Below, in pieces: positions 28,801 through 46,548 of a DNA stretch of 64,000 nt. The stretch spans positions 44,392,001 to 44,456,000 of the forward strand of contig OZ024741.1 in assembly GCA_964016885.1 (NCBI GenBank). The letters run 5' to 3'. Numbering within the stretch: position 1 is the stretch's first letter; each line of letters starts with the position of its first letter. A model generated the notes under the pieces. That model ran no database searches. It was not told where the DNA came from and worked only from the letters and a program-made list of their open reading frames with translations. The translations under genes were made by a program, and so were the position numbers. This DNA comes from Eledone cirrhosa. Taxonomy: Eukaryota.

Positions 28801-29855
28801 TGCTTGTCAGGTGCGTTTCGATTAGTGCCATGCATAGTGCTTGATTGCTTATGGCTAAGTCTCCGAGGTAGGACATTTTACTCATGTTACTGAGTTTCAC
28901 CAGGCCTCTGACATTCAGCAGCAGCACTGGTGTGACTTTTGGGGTGCCAGTAATGGCTGTCGGTATGACACCTGGTCTGGTGTCAGCGGCGGCCACTCTG
29001 GGTCCCTTAACTGTGGTGGTCTCGAGTGCTGGTGTGGATGACCCTGGCTCTGGAGACGATGCAGCCAGATCAGCTGTCCCACAATCTTCTCTGCCATCAC
29101 TAAAAAATGTTTCTGCTCTGCTGCTGCCATCTGTATCTCGTCGGCATGTGCGTGCCTTCTCCTTGTTGGTACGGCACGCGCGACATCAGCATACTTCTGG
29201 AGGCGGCGTATTTCGGCTTTAGCTGGGGCATGTTGCGCGAGTAGGATGGGCATAGTTCGTTTGAGACCTAGGGTGGGTGAATCTGCATCCCATCCCTGTC
29301 TCTCCATGCCAGCATGTCCTGTTCTTGAAAAACTTGCACATTACTTGTTTTTTTTTGTTCCCAGTGTCTCGGTGCTTTCTGTTCTTCCAGTTGTCCACTG
29401 GTCCCTCTGGGCTTGGTTCTCCTTCGGAAGGTGATTTCGCTTTTCACCTTTGCCCTTTGCTTTGTTGGTTGCCCGGCCTGCCCTCCCTGACTGTGGTGGA
29501 TGGTATCTCATTTTCTTTCAGGTCCGTGCTTGTGCTCTCCTCCTTTTATTTTTCCTTCTCTCTCTCCTCATCTTTCTCTTCGGTTTTCTCCTCCCTGAGG
29601 ACACGGCTTAGCATCGCCATATGTGGCGCTATGAGAACATACGCCTTCTTAATTTATTTTCTCTTTCTCTCTATCTGTGCCAGGGTCCCAGAAACCCATG
29701 GCTCTTCAGGTTCTCCGCCATCTGTTTGCTTGGTGGAGAGCCATCAGCCATGGTCCACCCCTTGATCAAAACCGCTAGTTCCATCTTTGACCAGTTTCGC
29801 TGACTCCTAATTTCACCTTTTTCCTGTATGCAGTCCATTTCGCTGTGGAGGGGAG
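25875..29855 (-). mobile_element. APE-RT LINE (CR1/L2-like group), decayed, 5' end lost in the gap
   Basis: ORF1 remnant with CKFFKNRTCWHGETGMGCRFTH (CCCH), ORF2 fragments, and a 3' UTR stem-loop CAGCC-GGAT-GGCTG-AAAC. Confidence 0.92.
25949..28996 (-). pseudogene. LINE ORF2 (AP endonuclease plus reverse transcriptase), disrupted
   Basis: LLLNVRGL, IETHL, GGVALY, LSDH (APE); NYRPVSL, QHGF, YLDFAKAFD, GVPQG, YADD, LYSLERRRERY (RT). Split over four ORFs. Confidence 0.92.
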
Positions 29856-30055
29856 NNNNNNNNNNNNNNNNNNNNNNNNNNNNNNNNNNNNNNNNNNNNN
29901 NNNNNNNNNNNNNNNNNNNNNNNNNNNNNNNNNNNNNNNNNNNNNNNNNNNNNNNNNNNNNNNNNNNNNNNNNNNNNNNNNNNNNNNNNNNNNNNNNNNN
30001 NNNNNNNNNNNNNNNNNNNNNNNNNNNNNNNNNNNNNNNNNNNNNNNNNNNNNNN
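29856..30055. other. Assembly gap (200 N)
   Basis: Run of N. Confidence 1.
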
Positions 30056-30138
30056 TATATATATACATATACATATATATATATATACTATATACATATA
30101 TATATACATACATATACATATATATTTACATATATATA

Positions 30139-30747
30139 TGGTGGCTGCCAACTCGTTTTCGAGTACGGCCACTACTTTATATCCATGTAGGAGAACCCCT
30201 ACCGATGTGCTGAACGAGTGTGACTTTTTAGTCCAGCCAGCGACTTGAAAACTCTGGTACAAACACTACACTTGTGACAATTATTGACACATAGTGCTGG
30301 GCCCATGGTACCATGTGAGGACAAGTGCAGAGAGATCTCCAGATATAAAGCAATGCCTGTGCCGTGAAGCTTTTATAGTGAGCAAAGGCACTGCACAAAG
30401 CCAGTCCCACTCTCTTAACCAAGATGATATTTACCAAAAAGAAGAACAAGTCAACATCATTGGATACCATCAGGGTTGCAGGTGTTATATCAGAGTTTTC
30501 CTTCTCCTAGAATTCTGCCTTGACAAAGGCTAAGGGGTCATCTCTCCCGGTGATTTTGGATGGCCATTGACTCTTAAGAGCTCCTTTGCCCTTTGACAGG
30601 TTTTGTTTTTAGTCCTGCAGGATGTCCAAAGTCACCCTCCTCACCAAGAAACCTTGGTGGGGTTGCCAGTTTAGTCGCCAACGACCCGACCATGAGACAG
30701 GTTGTACTGGGATACATGTTACCAGTAGCACCAACTGGTGACCTGAC
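30139..30747 (-). mobile_element. Second full copy of the ~610-bp RTE-derived element
   Basis: Reverse complement is colinear with 3852-4461; flanked by TA/CA repeats. Confidence 0.8.
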
Positions 30748-31050
30748 ATACACATATATACATACATATATATATACATACACATATACACACGTACACA
30801 CATACATACACACATACATATATACACACATACACAAACACACACATACATACATATATATATATACACATATATATATGTACATAGACATGCATATATG
30901 TATGTATATATACATGAATGCATGCATGCACGCATATATATATGCATGTATGCATATATATATGTATGCATATATATATATATATACATACATACATATA
31001 TGTATATACATACATATACATATGTATACATACATACATATATATATACA

Positions 31051-31130
31051 TGGTGGCTGCCAACTCGTCTTCGAGTACGGCCACTACTTTATATCCATGT
31101 AGGAGAACCCCTGTAGGGGTTCTCCTACAT
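31051..31130 (-). mobile_element. 3' tail of the same element with a 16-bp foldback
   Basis: TGGTGGCTGCCAACTCG..ATGTAGGAGAACCCCT-GT-AGGGGTTCTCCTACAT. Confidence 0.8.
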
Positions 31131-32006
<876 letters not shown>

Positions 32007-32477
32007 AGCAGTTGAGCAGTTGAAGTATAAGGACGTGTTTTTACTTCTCTCCCCGAGTAAGCAGCAAGTCACACAGCCACAAAACAAAACCACAAGACAA
32101 AACCAAACAAACAAAAATTGACCGGTTAATACATTTTCATACATCTATATTATTATATATTTAAAAATTGACCGGTTAATACTTTTTTCATACATCTATA
32201 TTATTATATATTTGAAACCACGTGTTTTCGAACTTGTGAGTACATTTTCCTTTAACTACAAATTATTATTATATACTTTCGTCTTTTCATTAACTTAATT
32301 AATTTCAAATAACCAGAATATACATATATATATATATATATACTCATATTTATATACATACGCTTCTCACTCACACACAAGAAAAACAAAAAACAAAAAT
32401 AAATCAAAAATAAATTAAAAAAAAAATATATATATATTGAAATACTTAACTAAAACACACACACACTCAAAACTAGA

Positions 32478-33542
32478 ATGGCTAACCAGCAAAAATCCAA
32501 ACAGAACTGGTCTGATAATGAAATCGACATTCTAATAAACACATGGCATTGCCTTTCCCAAACTGAAGACATACATGCTTCATCTCTGAACGACATTGCT
32601 AAACGTACAGTTCAATTTTTGAAAACTCGATCTGAACAACAGATTCAAAATAAATTAAAGCAAATCGAAATTGCTTTTAAATTAATCAATAAACATTTGG
32701 ATAAACTACGGTGTGTTTTCTCTTCGAATGCTGTCCAGCAGCAGCAACAACAACAACAGCAGCTACAACAGCAACAACAACAACAGCTACAACAACAACA
32801 TCAACAACAGCTACAACAACAACATCAACACCAGCAACAACAACAACAACGACAACAACAGTGTGAACCACTCCTTGATTCATCAACAATGGCCGATCTA
32901 CTAAATGAAACTATTGACCCACCAGTAGCCTCTGTCTCACAGCATGAAACGCCACATCCTTTCTCTGGCCCAGCAGTCCAATCATCACCACTGCCAACAT
33001 CTCTGCCTACTACTACTACTACAACATTTTTGTCTACTGCTATGTCAAGGAATTTACCTTCTAATACCAGAACAAGAACTCTCCCTCCCACAGTCCACAA
33101 AGGTCGTCAAATCCTACCCAAACCATCATCTACACCTCTCACAACACCCACACCCACATACCCACCCACTCGAAACCCCATCATTTGCCGCTACTCTCTA
33201 CGCTATAGAATATGTACGGATAGTGGCTGCAAATTCACCCATTTACCTAGGACAAAACGATCTATCCCCACAAACAGCCACCACCATAATACATACTCTA
33301 ATTTAACACCAACACAACCACCAATAACTCAAACAAGGAATCCACAAATCTGCCGTTTTTCCCTGCGAGACAGATTGTGTTTAGACCGGGATTGTCCCTT
33401 TACCCATCTCCCGGGGACCCGTCGGATAAATGAAAATAAAATTAAAATAAAAGCAAAAACAAAAACCATAACCTACATAAAAATAACCACTACCACAGTC
33501 ACCAACAGTCTTCTAAACAGGAAACTTCTTCCTCTTTTTTAG
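32478..33542 (+). CDS. LINE ORF1: Myb/SANT-like N-terminus, polyQ, two CCCH zinc fingers
   Basis: WSDNEIDILINTW..IA..RSEQQIQNKLKQI; CRYSLRYRICTDSGCKFTH and CRFSLRDRLCLDRDCPFTH. The true C-terminus may lie in frame 33446-33646. Confidence 0.8.
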   Translation: MANQQKSKQNWSDNEIDILINTWHCLSQTEDIHASSLNDIAKRTVQFLKTRSEQQIQNKLKQIEIAFKLINKHLDKLRCVFSSNAVQQQQQQQQQLQQQQQQQLQQQHQQQLQQQHQHQQQQQQRQQQCEPLLDSSTMADLLNETIDPPVASVSQHETPHPFSGPAVQSSPLPTSLPTTTTTTFLSTAMSRNLPSNTRTRTLPPTVHKGRQILPKPSSTPLTTPTPTYPPTRNPIICRYSLRYRICTDSGCKFTHLPRTKRSIPTNSHHHNTYSNLTPTQPPITQTRNPQICRFSLRDRLCLDRDCPFTHLPGTRRINENKIKIKAKTKTITYIKITTTTVTNSLLNRKLLPLF

Positions 33543-33633
33543 CCATAATGAATCTGGCAAAAGAACTGGAAAAAAACATTCGAGCTATCACCCAGCACCA
33601 CCCTCCACTATCACCCCACTGCACAAACTCCCA

Positions 33634-36600
33634 TTGCTGCCATTAACAAACAAACAAATTAACAACACACCAAAACAATTAAAACCATCCACTCTCGCCT
33701 CTACATTTTTGCTTAACGCCCAAGGCATCAGCCCTTCCACCAATACTCAAAAATGGAAGATCAAATTCCTGGAGGACTGGATTGATGTCCATCCAAACCA
33801 CATCCCTTTCTTCGTCCTCACTGAAACCCATCTCAGTAACCTCCACTTGGAAGCTGAGGTGAAAGTGAAAAATTTCAAAGCCATCCGTGCTGATCGCGCT
33901 GGCAGAAGAAAGGGCGGAACTGCCATTTATGTCCATAATTCTTTCTCAACAGAGGCTATGAACATATTCACTAATGGATACTGTGAGGCAGTCACTGTAT
34001 TCAGTCAAACCAACAACCTATTAGTAGTTGGGCTCTATAGGCCACCCCAAACGCCTGTACCATGCTTCAAGGAATGCCTCAACAGCATAAAGTGTTTCAT
34101 CCAAGAGTGTCACCCTGACAACATCTTAATGATGGGGGACTTCAACCTCCCCGGAGTTGACTGGTCCACAAACACCCTGCCACCAGGTTCTTCTGCCTCA
34201 ACCTCTGACAGGGAAGCTGTGGAATCGCTTCTTGACTTCATGGATTATTTCTTCCTATCCCAACTAGTGCTCGAACCAACGAGGTGCCACAAAAACGTCC
34301 TAGACTTAATTTTCAGCAATCACACTGACAATATCCACAATATTGCAGTGGAGAAAACTCTACTCTCTGATCATGACATGGTTCTCTGTGATCTGAGATT
34401 CCACCGTCCAATATACAAACCCAATGTCATCTCTCCTGTCCATCCGTTTGACGCTATGGATTTCCACAATGCAAACTGGGAAGCGATCAGTCATGATCTT
34501 GCACATGTCGACTGGTCCTTCACGCACACTCATACACCCACTAACATCAAAAAGTCCTGGCAGACATTTGTGGACACTGTTACAAACATATGTGCTAAAC
34601 ACACCCCATTAAGAACTATAAACAAATCTAAGAGCAGAATCCCTAGAAATAGAAAAACGCTCATCAGAAAAATTAAGAGAACGAACAAAAAAATCAACAA
34701 GCTGAAATACTGTCAGCAGCAACACATCAACTTGACTGCCATTTCATCACTAGAGATTAAAAAACATAACCTCCAAAACAACATAATGTCCCTCATCAAC
34801 AATCAGAGAAGAGCTGAAGAGGCCTGGGCCATTGAGAAGATCAAACTCAATCCCAAAGTGTTCTTTTCATTTGCAAAAAAACACAAAATCACTGGCTCTA
34901 CTGTTGGCCCTCTAATTGATGAAAATGGCACTCTTCAAGACAATGCTAAAACCATGGGTGAGATACTGCAGAAACAATACTGCTCTGTTTTCAGCAATCC
35001 TGATATGGCCGATCTGGGCTGTATCGGCGATGTTACTCCCCATTACACCTTATCGGACATAACGTTTGGCGCCCCTGATGTCTTGGCGGCAATAAAGGAA
35101 ATCAAGCATAATTCAGCAGTAGGTCCCGATAGGTTCCCTGCTTGTGTCTTGAAGGCGTGTCAACACCAACTTGCTTCTCCTCTTGCCAATCTGTGGCGGA
35201 ACTCACTGGATGCTGGATATGTGCCAGAAAACCTTCTATCCCAGTCTGTTGTCCCAGTTTTCAAAAAGGGAAACAAATCCCTTGCCGTGAATTACCGTCC
35301 AATCTCACTCACCTCTCATATCATTAAGGTATTTGAGCGAGTGGTGAGATCGCGAATGACCCACTTCCTTGAGAGTAACAATATGCTGAACTCCAACCAG
35401 CATGGATTCCGTAATGGAAGGGATTGCCTGACGCAACTACTGCATCACTTTGATGACATTTTGAGAGCCTTGGGAGAGGGTTCCAACACTGATGTTATCT
35501 ACCTTGATTTCAGCAAGGCCTTTGACAGGGTTGATCATAACATTCTACTGAGAAAGCTGTCCAATATTGGTGTCATTGGAAAGCTGCTGCAGTGGATCAA
35601 GAGCTTCCTGTCAAACAGAACCCAACATGTTGTAGTTGAGGGAGTCAAATCAAGCCCAGCCAAAGTCAGTAGTGGAGTCCCACAAGGCACTGTGTTGGGC
35701 CCACTTCTCTTCATCATCTATATTAATGACATCACTGACATCATCAAACACAGCAACATTAAAATTTTCGCTGATGATTCCAAGCTCCAAAAGGTCATCA
35801 ATGGCGTGGATGACCGGATAAGCCTTCAGTCAGACCTACTGGCTGTTACCCAATGGGCAGAAAAGAACAACATGTTACTGAACGAGGACAAATTCGAACT
35901 GATCCACTTTGGAAAAGAGGATGCTCTGAAACTCCCGTACTCCCTTCCCTCCGGGGAAACTCTCGTGGCATCTAACAACATCAGAGACTTGGGAGTAACC
36001 GTGGACAGCAACATAAGCTGGACCACGCATATAAGCAGCAAAGTTGACATGGCCCGCAGAATGTGTTCCTGGATCCTCAGAACCTTCCAGTCGAGAGATT
36101 CCCGCACCATTATCCTTCTCTTCTCTACTTTCGCCCGACCACAACTTGAATACTGTTGTCCACTGTGGTCTCCCCACACGAAACAAAGTATCATGAAACT
36201 TGAAGCTCCTCAAAGGGCAATCACGAAAAAGATAGATGGCATGTCAGACCTTGACTACTGGGGTCGATTGGAAAACCTGAAACTTTACTCACTCCAACGT
36301 CGCCGTGAGCGTTATATTATCTGCATGATGTGGAAAATGTTCCATCATCACTGCCCAAATGATGTTGGCATCGCCTTCAAGATACACCCAAGGCTTGGGC
36401 CCCGTGCTATCCGTCCCATTCAAAAATCTAAATCGCAACTCATAACAACAATACGGCACAATTATTTCACCTCAATCGGCCCTGCTCTCTTCAACATCAC
36501 ACCAGGACACGTCAAAACAGAAACTGACCACACAAAATTCAAGAAGTCGTTGGACAAATTCCTCCAAGTAATCCCGGACGAACCACCCACACCCGGATAT

Positions 36601-36654
36601 GTCTCCGCAAACAGTAATTCTCTTCTCGAATGGGCCATGTTGCCCAAATCCTGA
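33634..36654 (+). CDS. LINE ORF2: AP endonuclease plus reverse transcriptase, uninterrupted
   Basis: LLNAQGI, LTETHL, GDFN, SDHD; [29 protein letters not shown]. Frame is open from 33517. The listed start is TTG and the first ATG is at 33958. Confidence 0.95.
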   Translation: MLPLTNKQINNTPKQLKPSTLASTFLLNAQGISPSTNTQKWKIKFLEDWIDVHPNHIPFFVLTETHLSNLHLEAEVKVKNFKAIRADRAGRRKGGTAIYVHNSFSTEAMNIFTNGYCEAVTVFSQTNNLLVVGLYRPPQTPVPCFKECLNSIKCFIQECHPDNILMMGDFNLPGVDWSTNTLPPGSSASTSDREAVESLLDFMDYFFLSQLVLEPTRCHKNVLDLIFSNHTDNIHNIAVEKTLLSDHDMVLCDLRFHRPIYKPNVISPVHPFDAMDFHNANWEAISHDLAHVDWSFTHTHTPTNIKKSWQTFVDTVTNICAKHTPLRTINKSKSRIPRNRKTLIRKIKRTNKKINKLKYCQQQHINLTAISSLEIKKHNLQNNIMSLINNQRRAEEAWAIEKIKLNPKVFFSFAKKHKITGSTVGPLIDENGTLQDNAKTMGEILQKQYCSVFSNPDMADLGCIGDVTPHYTLSDITFGAPDVLAAIKEIKHNSAVGPDRFPACVLKACQHQLASPLANLWRNSLDAGYVPENLLSQSVVPVFKKGNKSLAVNYRPISLTSHIIKVFERVVRSRMTHFLESNNMLNSNQHGFRNGRDCLTQLLHHFDDILRALGEGSNTDVIYLDFSKAFDRVDHNILLRKLSNIGVIGKLLQWIKSFLSNRTQHVVVEGVKSSPAKVSSGVPQGTVLGPLLFIIYINDITDIIKHSNIKIFADDSKLQKVINGVDDRISLQSDLLAVTQWAEKNNMLLNEDKFELIHFGKEDALKLPYSLPSGETLVASNNIRDLGVTVDSNISWTTHISSKVDMARRMCSWILRTFQSRDSRTIILLFSTFARPQLEYCCPLWSPHTKQSIMKLEAPQRAITKKIDGMSDLDYWGRLENLKLYSLQRRRERYIICMMWKMFHHHCPNDVGIAFKIHPRLGPRAIRPIQKSKSQLITTIRHNYFTSIGPALFNITPGHVKTETDHTKFKKSLDKFLQVIPDEPPTPGYVSANSNSLLEWAMLPKS

Positions 36655-36738
36655 ATTGAAAGACTTCGCCAGGTGGTGCTATTAAGTTAGACATGGCCTG
36701 GGCCAACACTGGCCAAAACATTTCAAAGTTATTCAAAG

Positions 36739-40712
<3,974 letters not shown>

Positions 40713-40871
40713 TGAGTATATGACATCCTTGGTTAGGCATTTTTTATCTAAAGGGCAGGTTCTATTAGCTCTACAGTTACAATTATTCTGTGCGTTAGTC
40801 CGCTGGTTATAATGCAATGCGGAAGTCTGTGTGGTGGATATAGGATTTTGGGTGTTCAGGTTGATACCCAT
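40713..40871 (-). pseudogene. PLE linker fragment
   Basis: [25 protein letters not shown] (CxCx5C), truncated at the TA array. Confidence 0.75.
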
Positions 40872-41479
40872 TTATACCTCTACGGCAGGTGTGACAACAT
40901 CCACCCACCTGGACGGCACTACACCGCTCTAAGGGTAATTTGAGCATGAATTGATCGGTTGGATGGTGTTGGGCAGAGGAAACACCTTCCTTAGACAGAT
41001 GTAAAATGATTTAATCGAGTAGCGCTGTTGACCAGTAGGACCGGGCTGCTGAGCGCAGTGAGTGAATGCAATGCAACTGCCGTGCGGGTTGTACGTATAT
41101 GGATGATCCGACGGTCAGAGAGGGGTCGCGAGGACTGCGGATTGACCTTTGGCCTGCCTGGGGACGATTATCTTTCGACATCCAATGTAGCAAGCGATGA
41201 CCCAGATCTTACCAGAGATCATTGGGTCCTGAAGCAATCCTGCAATCACCGCGCCTGGTCATATGAGCAGACTACAACCACAGAGATCATTAATTTAGAA
41301 TCCTCGCTCATCATCTATAATTTCCATTTGTAGCACCTTAAGATGGGTTAATCCACCTTAATAATAATATGATCACCTTCAGCATAATTTAGTTAAACTA
41401 CTCTATAGTTAGTACACTTTATGCTTTAAAAGTCTCTCTTGGAAGGTGCACCTCACCATAGAATTTAGGGTCCATATTG

Positions 41480-42290
41480 GGACACATTTTAATGGCTAGA
41501 TATAGAAACCCCAGAGTTACCTCCCCGCATGCATTAACTCCCCTTAGCCACACACACACTTCCGGTATTCAATGGCGTCTCTCGAAACGTAACAACCTCC
41601 TGTATCGAACTAAAGAACACCAGACTACGATCTCTAACTGGATTGTCGTGGATTATGTGAAAGGCATATAATCGAAATATACACTCCCTTGACCATGAAA
41701 ATGCCGAAGTACATGAATTACTTGACATCCCTGCGTTGTGCATCTCCAATACTTATAACACTTTTAATGCTTGCACTATCTTTAATGCTTATAATATTTC
41801 TCCACACACAGACTACATCAATCATATAAAGACTTTGCCACCAGATCTACCAACCTAACACTCTTATTTACCTACCTAAGTGCCTCTACCACACATATCT
41901 CTCTGCCACACTATATAAACAAGACGCACATGCGTGCCACACATATAACATTTGCACTATATAACCACTTATCTTCATGTTGTACTTTAACCTATATCTT
42001 TGATTTTTGATTGTACCTATTAATATAAATGTAATCTCGAAGTGTGTACTGCCACTCTAAATTTTGTAATGAATGTTGACCCACAATGTTTGAATATGTA
42101 TCAATGTTTGAATATGTATTGGTATGTCTCTCGGCTGAAAAGGAGGTCATATAACTGTCCATGCATTAATAAATTGCTCCGAAGAATCCAAACCTCGGTT
42201 TGGAGGAAACAGCTGTAAGCACAATAATGTTTTGAACAGTTCTTTGATTCTTATATTTCATATATTTCATATATTTCATATATTTCATGT
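41480..42290 (+). mobile_element. PLE 3' fragment (GIY-YIG remnant and tail with mutated hammerhead at 42175-42221)
   Basis: RTKEHQTTISNWIVVDYV..HSLDHENAEV. Hammerhead TGCT-CCGAAGA-a-TCCAAACC-tc-GGTTTGGA-g-GAAAC-AGCT-GTA-AGCA has a core U-to-C change. Confidence 0.6.
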
Positions 42291-42337
42291 ATATATATAT
42301 ATGCATATATGTGTGTGTGTGTCTGTGTGAGTGTGTC

Positions 42338-42406
<69 letters not shown>

Positions 42407-43166
42407 AGTGACAGTAAGAAGTCAGATAAGAAATCGATTGAAAGTCGGAATCCGATCACTTGATAAAACCCAAGGGGGTCGATATCGACACATTTGTAAT
42501 ATACGATGAAGTTTCATAACAAACTGCACATCTGACTTCTTATTGTCACTCTATACTCCCCAAACTATATCCGCATTAAACCTGGAGCACAATCCAACGA
42601 TAGACGGACCCCGTAACAGCATTGAGTGCTTTAATCAGTGTCGCCGCTTGTAACCACAAGTTACTCACATAACATATATATAAATATATATGCAAGTTTT
42701 AGTGGTAATAATGCTGTCAATTATATAGGTGATGGTGGCAAGGAGCAGTATATAAATCGCGACGGTATTATCAGATTAATGAGGAAAATCCAGGATTCGG
42801 AATTGATATTAGCAATAAAATATATTTCTTAATTAAAAAAAAATACAATTAATTAGCATCTAGGTTTGTGAAGTGCTTTGCGATAATTTAGATGGCCTGT
42901 TTTAATTTCTGATTGGAAATCTCTCCGATATCGATTTCGAATTTTATAATTTTAGATTAATTAAATTACAAGACCATATATGTGATTGAAATGAAATGGG
43001 GTTTATTATTTCAATCTTTTTTCTCAAAAAAAAGTGTCGCCTTCAAGCTGAAGCTAGAAGTTCTCAGTTATGATAGATTGTGTTTACTGGGAAAATTAAT
43101 AGAATTCCATCGGACGATTTTTTATAGTTTTATTTTCATATGCGGACTTGATCGACTGAACCCACA

Positions 43167-43242
<76 letters not shown>

Positions 43243-43539
43243 TAATAATAATAAATTTGAAGACTAAAATCCAAAGAGGGCTCGATAAGGATAAATATAT
43301 ATCAAATATATAAGAACCTTAGAGCAAATATTTATTAAAATAACAGATTGAAATTTAAGCAAAGAATCGCTACTTTCACTCTTAACGGGATCTTCTGAAA
43401 CTAAAAAAAATCATTCTGTGAAGGTAGAAGTAAACATTTCAAAAAACGTAGCAACCGGAGGAAGACAGGAAGACGATAATTTGGTTCGTGGAATCGTTCC
43501 CTGGAAAAAAACGGGAAAAAACGAAGAAGTCATTATTTG

Positions 43540-43760
43540 GAGCGGTGCAAAACAATTACACGCAAAGACAAAACCACGTTTATGGTATAAAAGAAGTCGT
43601 AGACTAATATTCTATTAGATGGTTCGTGGAGACGTTCTCTGGCAATGAACGGAAAATACGAAGATAATACGTCACTATGTGGTACGTGGAGAACAATTGT
43701 ACGCAAAGACAAAACCACATAAATGGTATAACTGAAGTCGTAGACTAAAATTCTAACTAG
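43540..43760. repeat. Imperfect tandem duplication (~140-bp period)
   Basis: ACGCAAAGACAAAACCAC..ATGGTATAA..GAAGTCGTAGACTAA occurs twice. Confidence 0.75.
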
Positions 43761-44849
43761 GAAATCGAATGATTCTCGGCTTCAGAGTTAAGAATAAAGT
43801 AAATAAAATACAGAGGTAATTGAAATTAAATAACTACATACAAGCATCCAAATACGTACATACACAAGCATACGCGAAAACACTCGCCATGGGTATACAA
43901 ATACAAGCACGTACACAAAAAACCGCACGCACATACAGAACCCACGCAGCGCCTGTACCCGCATATATACGAATGTATACACCAAATACACGTAAAAATA
44001 TATATAAAAATATATATATATATATATATGTGAGTGTGTGCACGTGTATAATTAAATATACGTATATAAATAAATAAATACGTATATAACGCGCGCACAC
44101 ACGTACCTACATGTAAATACACATATGTTCGGAGACGTAAGCACAAAGTACACATATACATACACCCTGCATACGTACGAACCCGCATGCTCACATAGAC
44201 GCAAAACTCGCGTATACACATAACCAAATGCCTATGTACCAGAATATATAATATCTACGCCATAACATATACAATCAAATATACGTACGAGAAAGTATAC
44301 GTATAGTTCGTTAGGGTATAATGTGGGGCTGTAATACAGGAAGGTTTTGTGCAATTTATGTTTACAAGCCGAAATTGTCTCAGATTTTTTGTTTAAGATG
44401 TGGTCTTTGGCGTAGAGTATTTCCAGGGCCTCAGCAGCGCAGAGGTCACATGGTCTTTTATTTCCGTTATACGATCTAGCCCTAGCTAGGATCTCCCAGT
44501 GTAACTTATATTGGGTGTGGTTGTCATTAGACTCTAGATATAAGCTGAAAGTGACGTCATATTCCTTCTTAAAGGGTTAAGAAAAGAATGGCTATGCATG
44601 TAAAGACGCTGCTTGAATCTATTGGCGGTTAACCCTATGTAGGCCCTACGGGACGTGGGCGTTTCAACCTTACATTTGTAGACAATGTTACTAGGGAGGA
44701 ATTTCGCGGATAGGGATTAGTCAACCCGATTCCTACAATTACAGTTAGTACTAGCTACGCGCGCTTGCGTGCGTGCGTTTGTGTGTTAAGTATTTCCGAA
44801 GAAAAAGCAAAGGAAAAAAGCGTGCGCTATGTATAGGACAGAGCTATAT

Positions 44850-44997
44850 AATTAGAAAGTGAACAACACAATATATACCTACTCCATTACCAAGGTTTCA
44901 GGACCCAGACAATATTAACATACGTCTGCATGTTAATATTGTCTGGGGTCCTGAAACCTTTGGTAATGGGGTAGTTATATATTGTGTTGTCGCTTTC

Positions 44998-45003
<6 letters not shown>
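44850..45003. repeat. ~150-bp foldback, same family as 9098-9287
   Basis: ATTAGAAAG..CCATTACCAAGGTTTCAGGACCCAGACAATATTAACAT and ATGTTAATATTGTCTGGGGTCCTGAAACCTTTGGTAATGG..CTTTCTAAT. Confidence 0.85.
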
Positions 45004-45064
<61 letters not shown>

Positions 45065-45701
45065 CCGATGGCTCAGTTCTTGCTGTTCCTACAGCAAATT
45101 ATAGAGACTGGACTTCGTTGTAGAAACGACAAGAGCTTAGCAGTCGGGCCCTGACTCTGTACTCTATGTATTCTAAAATATCCCAGTAATCTGCTGAATA
45201 ATGGTCTTACTAGTTTAAATCTGGTATAATTCTGATCTCTCTCTCTCTCGCTGTCTCTCTGTCTCTCTCTCTCTCTCCCCCCTCGCTGTGTCTGTATATA
45301 TATCATGACTACATATCTCTCCCTATATACAGAAGAATTCATCCTCCAGTACACTTCTGAGCAAGGAAGATGGGAAAAAAACTTACTCCAACACTTAATT
45401 TTAAATCTTTAATCTTTAGTTGTTAATTCCTATTAATTCCTTTTAATTGTAATACTCAACATTTGATAAGATTGAATTTTAATAATCCATCGAAACCGGT
45501 AATACTTTATATACTTCATATACTTTATATACATTATAAAACTTTTTTTTAAAAGAATTGTCCCTCTCATTTTTTCAATAATGTCCCTTGACGAAATAAA
45601 TAAAGAAAAAAAATAAAAACAGACCCTAAAATATATTTTCCGTGCTATTCCCAACTTCACCTTTTCTCTATATTCACTGTTTTGTATATAACCTTAATTC
45701 C

Positions 45702-45747
<46 letters not shown>

Positions 45748-46335
45748 GCAGACAAGCGGTGTGATGAAGTGGGCATGAAACCATGTGCGCCCTTATATCT
45801 ATAGGGGTCATAACGTTTCATTTAGGCATATATGGACGCCCCATATCGTTATTTATATTTCGGTGTTTTAGTGATGGACTTCACATCAAAAAGCATCGAA
45901 ATAGGAAACATTCAGAATAATATGTGTGAAATGGAGGGTTAATGGTAAAATCCACCTTCATAAGCGATCAAAAGTTTATAATAATTAGATAAAAAATCTT
46001 ATATTAGGCATAAAGAGACAAACGTTGCTTAGCCAATAATATAGACATTTTACTGTCAATATTCAATTTTGGTGGTAATGTAGAGAGCAATCACACTACT
46101 TATAAAGCAACAATACAGTCCCAAATAGCTTCATCCTGAAGGTGGAGCTGGGAAGATCTAGAAATGTCAATGATATATTTGGTATCATTATTCTTTCAAA
46201 GGGATCGCAATGACTTCATACGAAAATATTAACAAAAAAGACTTGATGAAAACATAATATAATAGAACTACCATATAGTTGTTTATCATTGCAACAAGAC
46301 GCACACACGGAATATGTATTCATATATATACATAC

Positions 46336-46381
<46 letters not shown>

Positions 46382-46503
46382 GTACACACATATATATATA
46401 TGAGTACATATTCTGTGTTTGAGTCTTGTGTACGCACACACAGAATATGTATTCATATACATATATATATATACATATATATATATATATGTACTTATTT
46501 ATA

Positions 46504-46548
<45 letters not shown>

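Noticed and set aside
26874-29803. Antisense and alternative-frame ORFs over the LINEs (also 33679-36647 and 57352-62815)
   Set aside because: Shadow ORFs of coding retroelement sequence with no independent motifs.
40900-41330. GC-richer island as a possible ncRNA or exon
   Set aside because: No identifiable motif, repeat partner or convincing fold found by eye.
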